From Synechococcus sp. (GTDB lineage: Bacteria; Cyanobacteriota; Cyanobacteriia; PCC-6307; Cyanobiaceae): 64,000 nucleotides of DNA. The stretch is from assembly GCA_047284725.1 (NCBI GenBank), contig JBJBEO010000001.1:1720203-1784202 (forward strand), read 5' to 3'. The notes beneath the pieces were generated by a model that made no database searches, had not been told where the DNA came from, and saw nothing but the letters and a program-made list of their open reading frames with translations. The translations under genes were made by a program, and so were the position numbers. Of the stretch, positions 29,401 through 38,915 are shown piece after piece; positions within the stretch are counted from its first letter, which is position 1; each line of letters opens with the position of its first letter.

Positions 29401-29804
29401 CCGACTTGAAAGAACTGCGGATTGCCCTCGATGCCGAGGGCTACAACGAAGCAAGCCTGCGCACGGCCTGGCGTGACACCACCAACCAAGAGCTGGTGGC
29501 GTCGATCATGGGGCACATCCGCCGAGCAGCCTTCGGTGATGCCCTCGTTCCTTATTCAGAGCGGGTGGACAAGGCTTTGCTGCGCATCTTGGCCTCACGC
29601 AGCTGGACCAGTCCGCAACGGCAATGGCTGCAACGGATCGCCAGCCAGACCAAGTCGATCACGATCGTGGATCGAGCGGCCATCGACGATCAGGGCTTGG
29701 TGTTTCGAAAAGAAGGGGGCGGTTGGCCCAGGCTGAACAAGGTGTTCAATGAGGAGCTTGGCGAGGTGCTGGAGCTGTTCCAGCGCGAGGTCTGGGCGGC
29801 CTAA
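26436..29804 (+). CDS. hsdR: Type I RM restriction subunit
   Basis: ADYVLF...VEAK nuclease; MATGTGKT; DECHRG; LTATP; QMIGRGTR. Confidence 0.95.
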   Translation: MDSNFTHIAEYDKTLFRLSSNAERYFPGDPNTALIKLRQFGELLAQQVASRFGLYTGSEETQLELLRRLESNGDLERDVAELFHNLRKAGNAATHRLEGDHSTALQSLKVAWQLSLWFHRTFGRDPNYRSGPFQPPQPPEAQPSSGDEALRQELKALKQGYEQAQANEAALIEALQKQAQELTASLSLQQEWENLAEESEAEKAQLAESLSALQIAASQQPPIARKQLKQAAKQATSLIQLDEAATRKLIDAQLRDAGWECDTKLLTYAKGTRPEANCNKAIAEWPCKGGYADYVLFLGLTPIAAVEAKRANKDVAGVLPQAERYCETYVPDDQGNAAATADMGGPFPIPFAFSSNGRPYLPQLKTKSGIWFRDTRKDTNLPKPLDGWYSPEGLKQLARQDSQQAHAQLKRETFNYGFPMRPYQRQAIESTEAAIEAGKQQVLLAMATGTGKTKTCIALIYRLLKTNRFRRVLFLVDRSELGKQAADAFKETRMESLQHFADIYGIKELKEKEVESDTRVHIATVQAMVQRLMLGHDEEKPSVDTYDLIVIDECHRGYLLDRELSERELGFRDFNDYVSKYRRVIEYFDAVRVGLTATPALHTVDIFGEPAFVYSYREAVVDGFLVDHEPPTLIKTDLSSDGIHFAAGDEVKVFDPSSTGVDRFNTPDALDFEVESFNRKVITEPFNRAVCQFLATELDPQSPQKTLIFCATDAHADMVVTLLKEALEEQYGSVSNDAVAKITGASDKPADLIRHYKNEAFPNIAVTVDLLSTGVDVPAICNIVFLRRMNSRILYDQMIGRGTRLCDAINKTHFRIFDAVGIYEALKDFSDMKPVVADPKISISQLLEEFSQEHEPSTLELIRDQLVAKVRRKVRRLSEDQGDQVQQVTGVQPLDFVGRLLSLPVEEASRWVQRMPRLAEVLDAPTGHGSNPQVISDHPDHLRSTEHGYGKGQKPEDYLEAFTAFIKQGGNELPALNLVLQKPWELTRSDLKELRIALDAEGYNEASLRTAWRDTTNQELVASIMGHIRRAAFGDALVPYSERVDKALLRILASRSWTSPQRQWLQRIASQTKSITIVDRAAIDDQGLVFRKEGGGWPRLNKVFNEELGEVLELFQREVWAA

Positions 29805-29834
29805 TCGATTTGAAGGAGAGATGAGCAAGCAACC

Positions 29835-31274
29835 ATGAGCGGCCAATCCACCACTGACATCGTTTCCAAGCTGTGGAACCTCTGCAACGTCCTGAAGGAC
29901 GACGGGGTCACCTATCACCAGTACGTCTCTGAGCTGACGTATCTGCTGTTTTTGAAGATGGCCAAGGAAACCGGCACGGAGACCGGGATTCCTGAGGAGT
30001 GGCGTTGGGATGAGCTTGAGCGGCTCAAGGGCCTCAAGCAGCTGGAGCACTACAAGCTGCTGCTGCTGGAACTTGGCAGCTCAGAGAGCGGCGCTTCGTC
30101 GTTGGTGCAGGAGATCTATGCCAACGCCAACTCGTTCGTGAAAAAGCCCGTCACGCTGAACAAGCTGGTGGAGGAAATCGACAAGCTCGATTGGTACAGC
30201 GCCAAAGAAGAGGGGTTGGGTGACCTCTACGAGGGGCTGCTGCAAAAGAACGCAGAAGAGAAGAAGTCAGGTGCAGGGCAGTACTTCACCCCACGGCCAC
30301 TGATCGATTCGATGGTGGCGGTGATGCAGCCCCAACTGGGGGATGTGATCCAAGACCCCGCTGCTGGCACCGGTGGTTTTTTGATTGCCGCGCGCAGCTG
30401 GATCGCTGAGCACCAAGACATCTATTCCCTGACTGAGGCCGAGCAACAACGCTTCTACCGGCGCACCTTCTACGGAATGGAGCACGTGCAAGACACGCAC
30501 CGCTTGGCGTTGATGAACCTGATGCTGCATGGGCTTGATTCCGCCAGCGGCGAAGGGGGCATCCGCTACGGCGACACGATGAGCAGTGATGGCGAAGGGC
30601 TGCCCAGGGCCAGCTTGATGCTGACCAACCCACCGTTTGGAACGAAAAAAGGGGGTGGACTGCCCAGCCGCACCGACTTCACTTTCCCCACCGCCAACAA
30701 GCAGTTCTGCTTCCTGCAGCACATCTACCGGGGCCTTCAACCGGGCGGACGCGCTGCTGTGGTGCTGCCTGACAACGTGTTGTTTGAAGGCAACGTGGGC
30801 CGGCAGATCAGGGAAGACCTGATGGCCAAGTGTGATCTGCACACGATCCTGCGACTGCCCACGGGCATCTTCTACGCGCAGGGCGTAAAGACCAATGTGC
30901 TGTTCTTCACCCGAGGCCAACACGATCAAGGCAACACCGATCAGGTGTGGGTCTATGACCTGCGGGCCAACATGCCTAAGTTCGGCAAGCGCACCCCACT
31001 CACTCGTAGCCACTTCAGCGAGTTTGAAGCGGCCTACGGCTCTGATCCCTACGGCAAGGCAGAGCGAACAGCAACCGGACCAGAAGGGCGTTGGCAATGC
31101 TTCAGCCGCGATGAGATTGCTGCCCGCGACTTCAGCTTGGATCTGGCTTGGCTTCGGGATGAGTCAGGGGATGACGCAGAGGATCTACCGGAGCCTGAAG
31201 TTCTCGCCCAAGAGGCAATGGATGAGCTTGAGAGCGCATTGAGTGATTTAAGAGAGCTAATCAACCAGCTATGA
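29835..31274 (+). CDS. hsdM: Type I RM N6-adenine methyltransferase
   Basis: GQYFTPR, DPAAGTGGFL, TNPPFG. Confidence 0.95.
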   Translation: MSGQSTTDIVSKLWNLCNVLKDDGVTYHQYVSELTYLLFLKMAKETGTETGIPEEWRWDELERLKGLKQLEHYKLLLLELGSSESGASSLVQEIYANANSFVKKPVTLNKLVEEIDKLDWYSAKEEGLGDLYEGLLQKNAEEKKSGAGQYFTPRPLIDSMVAVMQPQLGDVIQDPAAGTGGFLIAARSWIAEHQDIYSLTEAEQQRFYRRTFYGMEHVQDTHRLALMNLMLHGLDSASGEGGIRYGDTMSSDGEGLPRASLMLTNPPFGTKKGGGLPSRTDFTFPTANKQFCFLQHIYRGLQPGGRAAVVLPDNVLFEGNVGRQIREDLMAKCDLHTILRLPTGIFYAQGVKTNVLFFTRGQHDQGNTDQVWVYDLRANMPKFGKRTPLTRSHFSEFEAAYGSDPYGKAERTATGPEGRWQCFSRDEIAARDFSLDLAWLRDESGDDAEDLPEPEVLAQEAMDELESALSDLRELINQL

Positions 31275-32878
31275 ATACACTTGAGGACACTAGCAACCAG
31301 GAAAGAACATCACTACCAGGCGGGTGGGAAACAGTCCCACTTTTAGAGCTTGGAGACCTAATCAGAGGTGTTACATACAAGAAACAGGATGCATCAATAG
31401 AGCCATTCACTGACTCAATTCCAATCCTGCGAGCGAACAACATCCAGAATGGCAACTTAGACCAAGAAGAGCTTGTCCACATCCCCCGGAACCTAGTTTT
31501 AGATATCCAATTGATAACCAAAGGGGATATCCTCATAGCAACATCTAGCGGAAGCATAAGCGTCGTAGGCAAAGCCGCACGGGCCCAAAACGATACGAAT
31601 ACAGCATTTGGTGCATTTTGCGGCTTGATAAGACCAAGACCTGAAATCAGCTCGAGATACCTGGGCCACTACTTCGGCTCGCAAGGCTATCGCCAGAGGG
31701 CTTCGGCGATGGCAAGGGGCGTCAATATAAACAATCTCAAGAAGGCACATTTTGAGTCACTTAGCGTCAATCTCCCTCCACTCAACGAGCAACGCCGCAT
31801 CGCCGACAAGCTCGACACCACCCTTACCGCAGTTGAAGCCTGCAAGCAAAAGCTCAACAACGCCGCCGAAACGATCCAGCGATTCCGCCAATCCGTACTG
31901 GCAGCAGCCGTTTCTGGCGGGCTAACGAAGAATCAAAATCAGTTCACCGAGAAACAGATTTCAGATGTGTGCACTGTAGTCAGAGGTGCATCACCAAGGC
32001 CAGCAGGCGACCCAAGATATTTCACAGATGACCCAGAAATACCTTGGATCACAGTAGGAGAACTAACAAAGGATGAAGAGAAATACCTAGAAAGAACAAA
32101 GACATTTTTAACAGAAGAAGGAAAGGAAAGGAGCCGATTAATCAATGAGAAAACATTGCTACTGACCAATAGCGGAGCCACACTTGGAGTGCCAAAGATT
32201 ACATTGATATCAGGCTGCATCAATGACGGCTCAGTAGCCCTTGAAGGCCTAGACGAACCACTTAAATCATATCTATACTATGTACTCAAATCCAAGACGC
32301 AAGAACTAAGGAATATCAAGCAAGGCGCAGCTCAGCCAAATCTGAACACAACTATCGTAAAAAATATCCGCTTTTCATGCCCAGACGACAAGGAAGGCCA
32401 GACAGAAGCAATCAACAAAATCGAAACGCTTTTTGAGTTGGCCGACTTGATTGAAAAGCAAATTGTTCAAGCCAAATCACAAATTGATGCAATAAGGAAT
32501 TCGGTTTTAGACAAAGCCTTCCGCGGCGAGCTTGTTCCCCAAGACCCAAACGATGAGCCTGCCTCAGTACTGCTGGAACGAATCAAAGCCCTGCGCGAAA
32601 CCGAAGCAGCAGCCAAAAAAACAGCCAAGCGGGGTAGGAAGAAGAAGGCTGCAGCCGCTCAGCTCGTCATTCCAGAAGGAATTGCCGACAACCACCTCGC
32701 CAAGGTGCTTGAAGAGTGCGGAGCCTTAAGCGAGCGAGCCTTGCTTGCTGCTTCGGAGCTTGAGCCTGGGGTGTTTCAGCTGCAGCTCAGCAAGGAGCTC
32801 GGTGCCGGTGGGCTCAAGCAAGTTGATGTTGATGGCGAAGCTGCCTATGCGGATGCAAGCTGGGAGGAGGAGGGATGA
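31271..32878 (+). CDS. hsdS: Type I RM specificity subunit with C-terminal extension
   Basis: LPPLNEQRRIADKL; AFRGELVPQDPNDEPASVLLERI; AT-rich TRDs. Confidence 0.93.
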   Translation: MNTLEDTSNQERTSLPGGWETVPLLELGDLIRGVTYKKQDASIEPFTDSIPILRANNIQNGNLDQEELVHIPRNLVLDIQLITKGDILIATSSGSISVVGKAARAQNDTNTAFGAFCGLIRPRPEISSRYLGHYFGSQGYRQRASAMARGVNINNLKKAHFESLSVNLPPLNEQRRIADKLDTTLTAVEACKQKLNNAAETIQRFRQSVLAAAVSGGLTKNQNQFTEKQISDVCTVVRGASPRPAGDPRYFTDDPEIPWITVGELTKDEEKYLERTKTFLTEEGKERSRLINEKTLLLTNSGATLGVPKITLISGCINDGSVALEGLDEPLKSYLYYVLKSKTQELRNIKQGAAQPNLNTTIVKNIRFSCPDDKEGQTEAINKIETLFELADLIEKQIVQAKSQIDAIRNSVLDKAFRGELVPQDPNDEPASVLLERIKALRETEAAAKKTAKRGRKKKAAAAQLVIPEGIADNHLAKVLEECGALSERALLAASELEPGVFQLQLSKELGAGGLKQVDVDGEAAYADASWEEEG

Positions 32879-33816
32879 GCGACCTCAACGCAGTGCCTGA
32901 GATCCCCAAGTTCCATCAATTCATGCGGCCCCTACTCGAAGTGCTGCAAGAACAAGGAGAGCTGTCACGCAACGACGCCATCGAGGCTGTTGTGCGAAAA
33001 GTGGGCCTAAGTGAAGAACAGATGGCTGTTAGCCAAGAAAGCAATGGGAAAAGCCTGGCTCGCGGACGAATCGGCTGGGCTTCCTCATATCTCAGAGTTG
33101 CTGGTGCTCTCATAGGTCCGAAGCGCGCTTACTTCGCCTTAGGGCCTAACGCCGGGGCACTCTTGGCACTTGGGCGGCCAATCACACGCGCAGATCTAAC
33201 TGGGTTTAAGGAGTGGCAAGAACATCAGGCCGCCAAACAGGCCAAGAGTCAATCGACACCTGACAGCACGAGCGACATCAACACAGAAGACAGCACTCCT
33301 GAAGATCTGATCGAAGCAGGCGTCAAGCAGATCAAGGAGCAGTTGGTCTCTGACCTACTGGATCAGATGAAAGAGATGGATCCTCACGACTTTGAAGGGC
33401 TTGTCTTGGACGTACTCGCTGCCATGGGCTACGGCGGTGGTTCCAGGCAAGCCATGCAAGGGGTGCCGCGCGGACCTGACGGTGGCATCGACGGCAAGAT
33501 CAACGAAGACAAGCTCGGCCTGGATCAGATTTATATGCAGGCGAAGCGCTATTCGGAGAACTCAGTCTCCAGCGAGAAGGTGCAGGCCTTCGTTGGAGCC
33601 ATGACCTCAGGCGGTTGCCGAAAAGGAGTCTTCGTCACCACAAGCAAATTCACTGCTGATGCCGTCCGCTTCGCCAACAGCATTCGCGATCCACGTCTTG
33701 TTCTCGTCGATGGAGACAAGCTTGCCAGCTTGATGATTCAGCACGGGGTTGGCATCCAAAACAAAGAAATCAAAATTCCCAAGATTGATCTCGACTTCTT
33801 TAGTGGTGGGGATTAG
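32875..33816 (+). CDS. mrr: Mrr restriction endonuclease
   Basis: IPKFHQFMRPLLE..RIGWASSYL (Mrr_N); DGGIDG, QAKRY, VFVTTS. Confidence 0.92.
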   Translation: MSDLNAVPEIPKFHQFMRPLLEVLQEQGELSRNDAIEAVVRKVGLSEEQMAVSQESNGKSLARGRIGWASSYLRVAGALIGPKRAYFALGPNAGALLALGRPITRADLTGFKEWQEHQAAKQAKSQSTPDSTSDINTEDSTPEDLIEAGVKQIKEQLVSDLLDQMKEMDPHDFEGLVLDVLAAMGYGGGSRQAMQGVPRGPDGGIDGKINEDKLGLDQIYMQAKRYSENSVSSEKVQAFVGAMTSGGCRKGVFVTTSKFTADAVRFANSIRDPRLVLVDGDKLASLMIQHGVGIQNKEIKIPKIDLDFFSGGD

Positions 33817-33822
33817 TGAAAA

Positions 33823-34095
33823 TCACTCCCCCGCCTGAATCTCCCGCACCACCTCATCGATCTGATCGCTCAGATCGATTTCTCCGTTCTGCCCCGCCAG
33901 CTCCGCAAAACGGCGCCCCTACGGCAACAACCGGCTCTGCGCTGATCCCACGGCTGCATTAAAGCTCTTGTTCAAGCGAGTGATGTTGTTGCCGATGACG
34001 TTGAACTTATCGATTAAGGTTGAGAAGCGCTTGTGCAGCTCCACCGTCTGCGCCTGAAATTCATCGATGTTTTTGGCGATCTCCACCTGATCGAT
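33823..34095 (-). pseudogene. rmuC: RmuC C-terminal remnant
   Basis: ELHKRF...FNAAVGSAQSRLLP*GRRFAEL with in-frame TAG at 33919-33921; 5' part absent. Confidence 0.7.
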
Positions 34096-34415
34096 CGGCA
34101 TGGTGAAATCGACTGGGATCATGAAGCGCTCAGAAGTGGCGATCGGAACCACACAATCAATAGATAGATGCGATCAAAACAGCAACAATCACCTACAAGA
34201 AATGGTTCAACTTGATCTCGAGACGGAGTTCTTAGCCAAGCCAAAATACAAAGTGCTTAGAAGCTTCTCCAGACCGCATAACCATCCATGGGAGAAGTGG
34301 CAATCCGCCGGAATCCTTGCTAAGAATGGAGTGCTGCTTTAGAGGCAGCAAGCCATTGGCAGCTTATGCAGCAAAAGATCATCTTGCCGCAGCTTCTGCA
34401 GACCGCCTAAATACT

Positions 34416-36788
34416 GTTAGATTCTCCTCAGGGACCTCACATGGAATCAAAAGATTTACACGGATTTGCCTCAGATAGACCAATTACAAAAGTAGAAGAT
34501 GACTTGTTAGGTCGTTCAGGTTTTTCCACCGACTTGGCAGATGCGATGGCAAGTTGGCATGGAAACGATAGTTTGGTAGTAGCCTTACATGGTGACTGGG
34601 GGGCAGGAAAATCTTCAATTAAAAATATGGCTCTATCTCGGCTAGAGGCAATTACTGAAGACAAACCGGATATCATTCAGTTTTCTCCATGGGAGTGGGC
34701 TGCGCAAGATAAAATAACCGCTTCCTTTTTTCAAGAAATATCAAAATCAATAGGTCGAAAAGATAAAAGCAAATCAGGGAAAAAATTAGCGGCCACCCTT
34801 AAAAAGTATGGTCGTTATCTAAATACGGGCGAGACGGTAGTATCAGGTCTTTCTAGGGCACTCCCTACACTGTTCATTCTTGCAACACTTGTTGGAGTTG
34901 GCGGAAACTTTTCCAACGAAGCATGGGTCAACAACGCTAGCACCCTTATGCTACTTGTTTTAGCTTGTTTGGCTGCAATATTGAAGTGGGGGAAAGGTTT
35001 TCTTGAGAAGTTAAGTGGTAATGTTGAAGCAACTGCAAAGGAAAAAGAGCAGAGTTTGAGCGATATAAGACAGGAGTTAACGGCTTTGTTGCTAAAGCGA
35101 AAAGCCCCCTTGATCGTAGTAATGGATGACTTAGATAGGCTGACATCTTCTCAATTGAGGATGGTTTTTCAGCTTATAAAAGCAAATTTAGAATTCCCGA
35201 ATGTAGTATTCCTTCTTCTATTTCAACGAGGTCTAGTAGAAGATAAAATGAACGATGGGATGCAACTGGGTCGGGATTATTTAGAAAAAATAATCCAAGT
35301 GCCTTTTGATATTCCTCAGATAGAAACGACACGACTTCACAGCCTATTATTCAACAAGCTAGACAAAATCATCGAACAAGATAAATCAGCGACAGATATG
35401 TTTGATTCTGGCCGGTGGGGAAACATATTTCACGGCTCCCTGAACGCATACTTTGACAACTTGAGAAGCGTCTATAGGTATACCTCAACTTTATCATTCC
35501 ACTTTACATTACTTAAAGGTAAAAGTGCTTTTGAGGTCAATCCTGTAGATCTAATTGCGATTGAGTGTCTAAGAGTATTTGAGCCAGATGTTTATAAGGA
35601 AATCGCACGTTCGAAAGAAATATTCACCAAAAATGGATCGGATAGATATGGGAGAAGTGAGGATTCTACAGCTGCTTTAATCAATGGCATCTTGGATAAA
35701 GCAACTCCTGATAAACGAGAGGCTGTAAAAGAAATGGTGGAGCAACTATTTCCAACAATTGAATGGGCCCTAGGTGGGACTCAATATTCTGGAGATTTTG
35801 CCAGCACATGGTTAAGAGAGATGCGTGTTTGCCACCCCTCTAATTTTGACAAATACTTCCAATTTTCCATTCCAAGCGGCGAACTTTCAAACTCAGACTT
35901 ACAGGAAATGCTTAGTCTAACTGCCGATTCTGATAGATTTTCTTCATTTATCTTGTCGCTTAAAGAACGTGGCATTCTAAAAAATGCTCTTTCACAGTTT
36001 GAATCATTTACAGATGAAATTCCTTTAGAAAATGGGCAGGCTTACATTAAGGGGATTTTAGATATTGGTGACTGTTTCGATCATGAATCAACAGGTTTTA
36101 CGATGTTCAGCTCTAATACGCATGCTGTTAGGCTTGTTGTCTGGTTCCTACGACGTATTGATGACATTGAAGAAAGAGGGAAGCTGTTGCTAGAATGCTT
36201 CAAAGCATCGAATGGGATATCTATTGTCGAACATATACTGTTAGGTGATGAAATTCGGAGAGAAAAGTCGGATTCGGACCAAATTCTACGGGATGGAGAA
36301 TTTGAACAGCTTCAAGCAGAATTTGTACAAAAATTGGATAAAATGTCTAAAAATTCGCCCTCTGACCTACTTTCTCATGAGCACTTGGTATCCTTTTTGT
36401 ATAGGTGGAAGCGCTGGGGTGATGAGAACAAAGTTATAGATTGGTTGAAACTTCAGACCCAAACTACCGAAGGCTGTATAGCTTTATTGAAAAAATTTGC
36501 AGGTAAATCATCTTCTCAGGCCATGAGTGATTACGTAGTAAAAATTACGACCTATATCAAACTTGAAAATATTGAAAACTTTCTAGAGATTGCACCAATC
36601 CAAGAAAAAATACGTAATCTTGACGAGACTAAGCTTGATTCCGAAGCACAAGAAGCATTGAAAGCTTTCCAAGATGCATTGCAAAAAAGAGCAAAAGGAA
36701 TTGCCAATGATTGGTAGTGAATCTAACAAGTTGCTGCACTCGGAAAAATTACTCGCTACGCTCCTAATTTTCCGGTGAGCAAGGCGTT
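34416..36788 (+). mobile_element. Isolated integron-type gene cassette
   Basis: Left core GTTAGAT (34416-34422) is the exact complement of inverse core ATCTAAC (36721-36727); single ORF; abrupt AT-rich composition between these points. Confidence 0.85.
34441..36717 (+). CDS. KAP-family P-loop NTPase
   Basis: DLLGR, GDWGAGKSS, FSPW, two TM helices, MDDLDRL, YLEKIIQVPF. Confidence 0.93.
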   Translation: MESKDLHGFASDRPITKVEDDLLGRSGFSTDLADAMASWHGNDSLVVALHGDWGAGKSSIKNMALSRLEAITEDKPDIIQFSPWEWAAQDKITASFFQEISKSIGRKDKSKSGKKLAATLKKYGRYLNTGETVVSGLSRALPTLFILATLVGVGGNFSNEAWVNNASTLMLLVLACLAAILKWGKGFLEKLSGNVEATAKEKEQSLSDIRQELTALLLKRKAPLIVVMDDLDRLTSSQLRMVFQLIKANLEFPNVVFLLLFQRGLVEDKMNDGMQLGRDYLEKIIQVPFDIPQIETTRLHSLLFNKLDKIIEQDKSATDMFDSGRWGNIFHGSLNAYFDNLRSVYRYTSTLSFHFTLLKGKSAFEVNPVDLIAIECLRVFEPDVYKEIARSKEIFTKNGSDRYGRSEDSTAALINGILDKATPDKREAVKEMVEQLFPTIEWALGGTQYSGDFASTWLREMRVCHPSNFDKYFQFSIPSGELSNSDLQEMLSLTADSDRFSSFILSLKERGILKNALSQFESFTDEIPLENGQAYIKGILDIGDCFDHESTGFTMFSSNTHAVRLVVWFLRRIDDIEERGKLLLECFKASNGISIVEHILLGDEIRREKSDSDQILRDGEFEQLQAEFVQKLDKMSKNSPSDLLSHEHLVSFLYRWKRWGDENKVIDWLKLQTQTTEGCIALLKKFAGKSSSQAMSDYVVKITTYIKLENIENFLEIAPIQEKIRNLDETKLDSEAQEALKAFQDALQKRAKGIANDW

Positions 36789-36792
36789 ACCG
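36721..36792 (+). mobile_element. attC: attC site
   Basis: ATCTAAC...TTGCTgCACtCGGAAAaATTA / TAATTTTCCGGTGAGCAA...GCGTTA: imperfect inverted repeat with unpaired extra bases, RYYYAAC...GTT ends, starting 3 bp after the KAP stop. Confidence 0.85.
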
Positions 36793-37722
36793 CAAACATT
36801 CCCGATGCAACTGTAGATACTGCTCCTGTAGCCGCGAAAATGGCTCAATAACATTGGCTGATGCTATCCCCCAACACTGCAACGCATCACCCGCAGCTTC
36901 GTGCTGCCAAATCAACTGACCATCAGGATCAAAACTGATCCAATGTCGATCGAATAATTTATCAACATGGGGAGACAGCAGCAATCCATTCGCGCCATCA
37001 AGGCGCTCCTGATGATCACAATCACGCCAGGGCTTGATGTGGCTGGCAATCAGGAATTCTTGCCTGGCCAAAGCCGTCACGCGACAAATCGGCTCCTGCT
37101 CAGCCACACGCTGCCGAAACAGGCCTTGCCCCATCCTCGCTTTCGTTAAGGCATCACGCTCGGTGGCGCTTGGAACCTGCTGCAGTTCCTGCACATCCTT
37201 CAACAGCGCATCAACAGAGGTTTGCTCTTCCGCCAGCACCAACAGATGCACTCTGATGGCGGGATCAGCATGGTCTTCGATCAACTGGATGAGGAGATGA
37301 CCCAACACCTCATCCAGCCCTGCGAGATACACCCCCTGATTGCCTCGCCCTGAGGTTGGTCTGATCGGGCTATGGCGCTCCGGCAAAAGGGGTTGAATCA
37401 AATCAAAGTGATCCAACGGCACCAAAGGCTGTTGCAGCGGTTGCCAAGCCACCCGTACCAGCCAGCCGTCATCTCCCCAGTACTCAACGGTGCTGCCAAA
37501 CTCAGGTGGCTTTGGCGCCGTCTCAGCCGCCGATTCCACCACACCAATCCGGCCGATCTTGGCGTAGGCATCACTGAACACCACATCACCCACCTGGCAG
37601 CGCGCCAGGTTGTCGTAGCTGACGTTCTTAGCGCCATTGGCATTCTGTTTAGGCGGCTAGATGGTGCCCCCTTCCGTTTCTTGCCGAACGGTCTGCTTTT
37701 GATTCACCCACCAGAACGCCAC
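36787..37722 (-). pseudogene. EVE/PUA-like-HNH (type IV-like) endonuclease with nonsense codon
   Basis: MAFWWVNQKQT...GGTI*PPKQN (TAG at 37657-37659), then in frame ARMGQGLFR, ASHIKPW, NGLLLSPHVDKLFD. Confidence 0.8.
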
Positions 37723-37775
37723 GACCAGACCAGGCCTCTCGATTCACCCTTAGCAAGCTGCCTGAGAGACCACAC

Positions 37776-38777
37776 CTAGTAATTCTGTTTGCCTGGAATC
37801 ACCCCCCTCACACCACCCCGCGGGTCAGGCGTGTCGCCGTTGCGCCTCGGGATCAGATGCCAGTGGGCATGCATCACCGTCTGCCCGGCCGACGCACCAC
37901 TATTGAGGCCGATGTTGAAGCCGCTGATGGAGGCATCCGCCAGCTCAAGCTCCTGCAGTCGCTGCTTCAGCAATGCAGCGACTGCATTCCACTCGGGCTG
38001 ATGAAGGTCCATTCCATCCGCCACATGCCGGCAGGGAATCACCAGGCTGTGGCCTTCAGTGACGGGATAGGCATCGGCGATGCAGACCGCCAGTTCGTTC
38101 CTGAGCAGAACCCGATCTGAAGACTGCAGATCACAGAAGAGGCATCCCTCCTGCCTGTGGCCATAGCTCTGCAGCACCCCGCGGAAGTCGGTGCTGTCGC
38201 TGTCCCTCTTGCCGGCGTTGCAACGGAAGCAGAGCGCCTGAAAGTTGGAGATGTCATCGGAACCAGCAAGGTTCTTCGGGATGATGTGATCCACCTCCAG
38301 CGCCGCCTGGTGCTCATGGGCACCGCAGCATTCACAGCGGCCCTTCGCGCGGGTGAACACCCGGTAGCGGATCGATCCGCTGATGGCCGTGCGATGGCGT
38401 GAGCGATGCGCGAAGACCTCATCACCGCGCTTCAGGCGAAAGGCATCGAGCTTCTGCCGGCAAAGCTGCAGCAGTGCATCCCGCTCCTGATCGCTGAGGT
38501 CGTCGGCCCCGACCAGGCTTTAGACGCCTCCGGCATGGGTCGTGATGCCGTTGGAGGTCAGCACCCGCCCCACCATCCGTTTCACCCGTTCGGAGTAGTA
38601 CTCGATCTGGGAGCTGTCCTCGCCGAGGATCCTGCGCGCGATGTCGTCTGCGGGTGCAGGGCTGCGTCTGCCGAGCAGCTCCATCAACATCAACGGCTGG
38701 TAGATGTGCGACATGCACATCCGCTGATTGATGTAAGCGGCGAGATACTCAAAGGCAGTTGATCGTGCAGGCTCCAT
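37776..38777 (-). pseudogene. HNH-HIT fusion protein with nonsense codon
   Basis: MSHIYQPLML N-domain; in-frame TAA at 38520-38522; CECCG..VDHIIP..NFQALCFRCN; HAHWHLIPR. Confidence 0.8.
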
Positions 38778-38888
38778 CATTCGGGGGAGATGCGATGCAT
38801 GCCAGATCCCTGAACTGGACGTGGCGTGATGGCCTGGCAAGCAACAATCTGAATGAACTGATGAGCGACAACACCGCCTGGACGACCT

Positions 38889-38902
38889 AATGTGGTCACA
38901 TT
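38889..38902. promoter_or_regulatory. Putative TA operator
   Basis: AATGTG-GT-CACATT palindrome; related ATGTAGTCACA at 38922-38932. Confidence 0.45.
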
Positions 38903-38915
38903 GGCGAAGATAGAC

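Noticed and set aside
36787..37775. HNH gene as a second, inverted integron cassette
   Set aside because: No matching inverse core (CGGTAAC) or attC hairpin follows it, and its composition is closer to the host.
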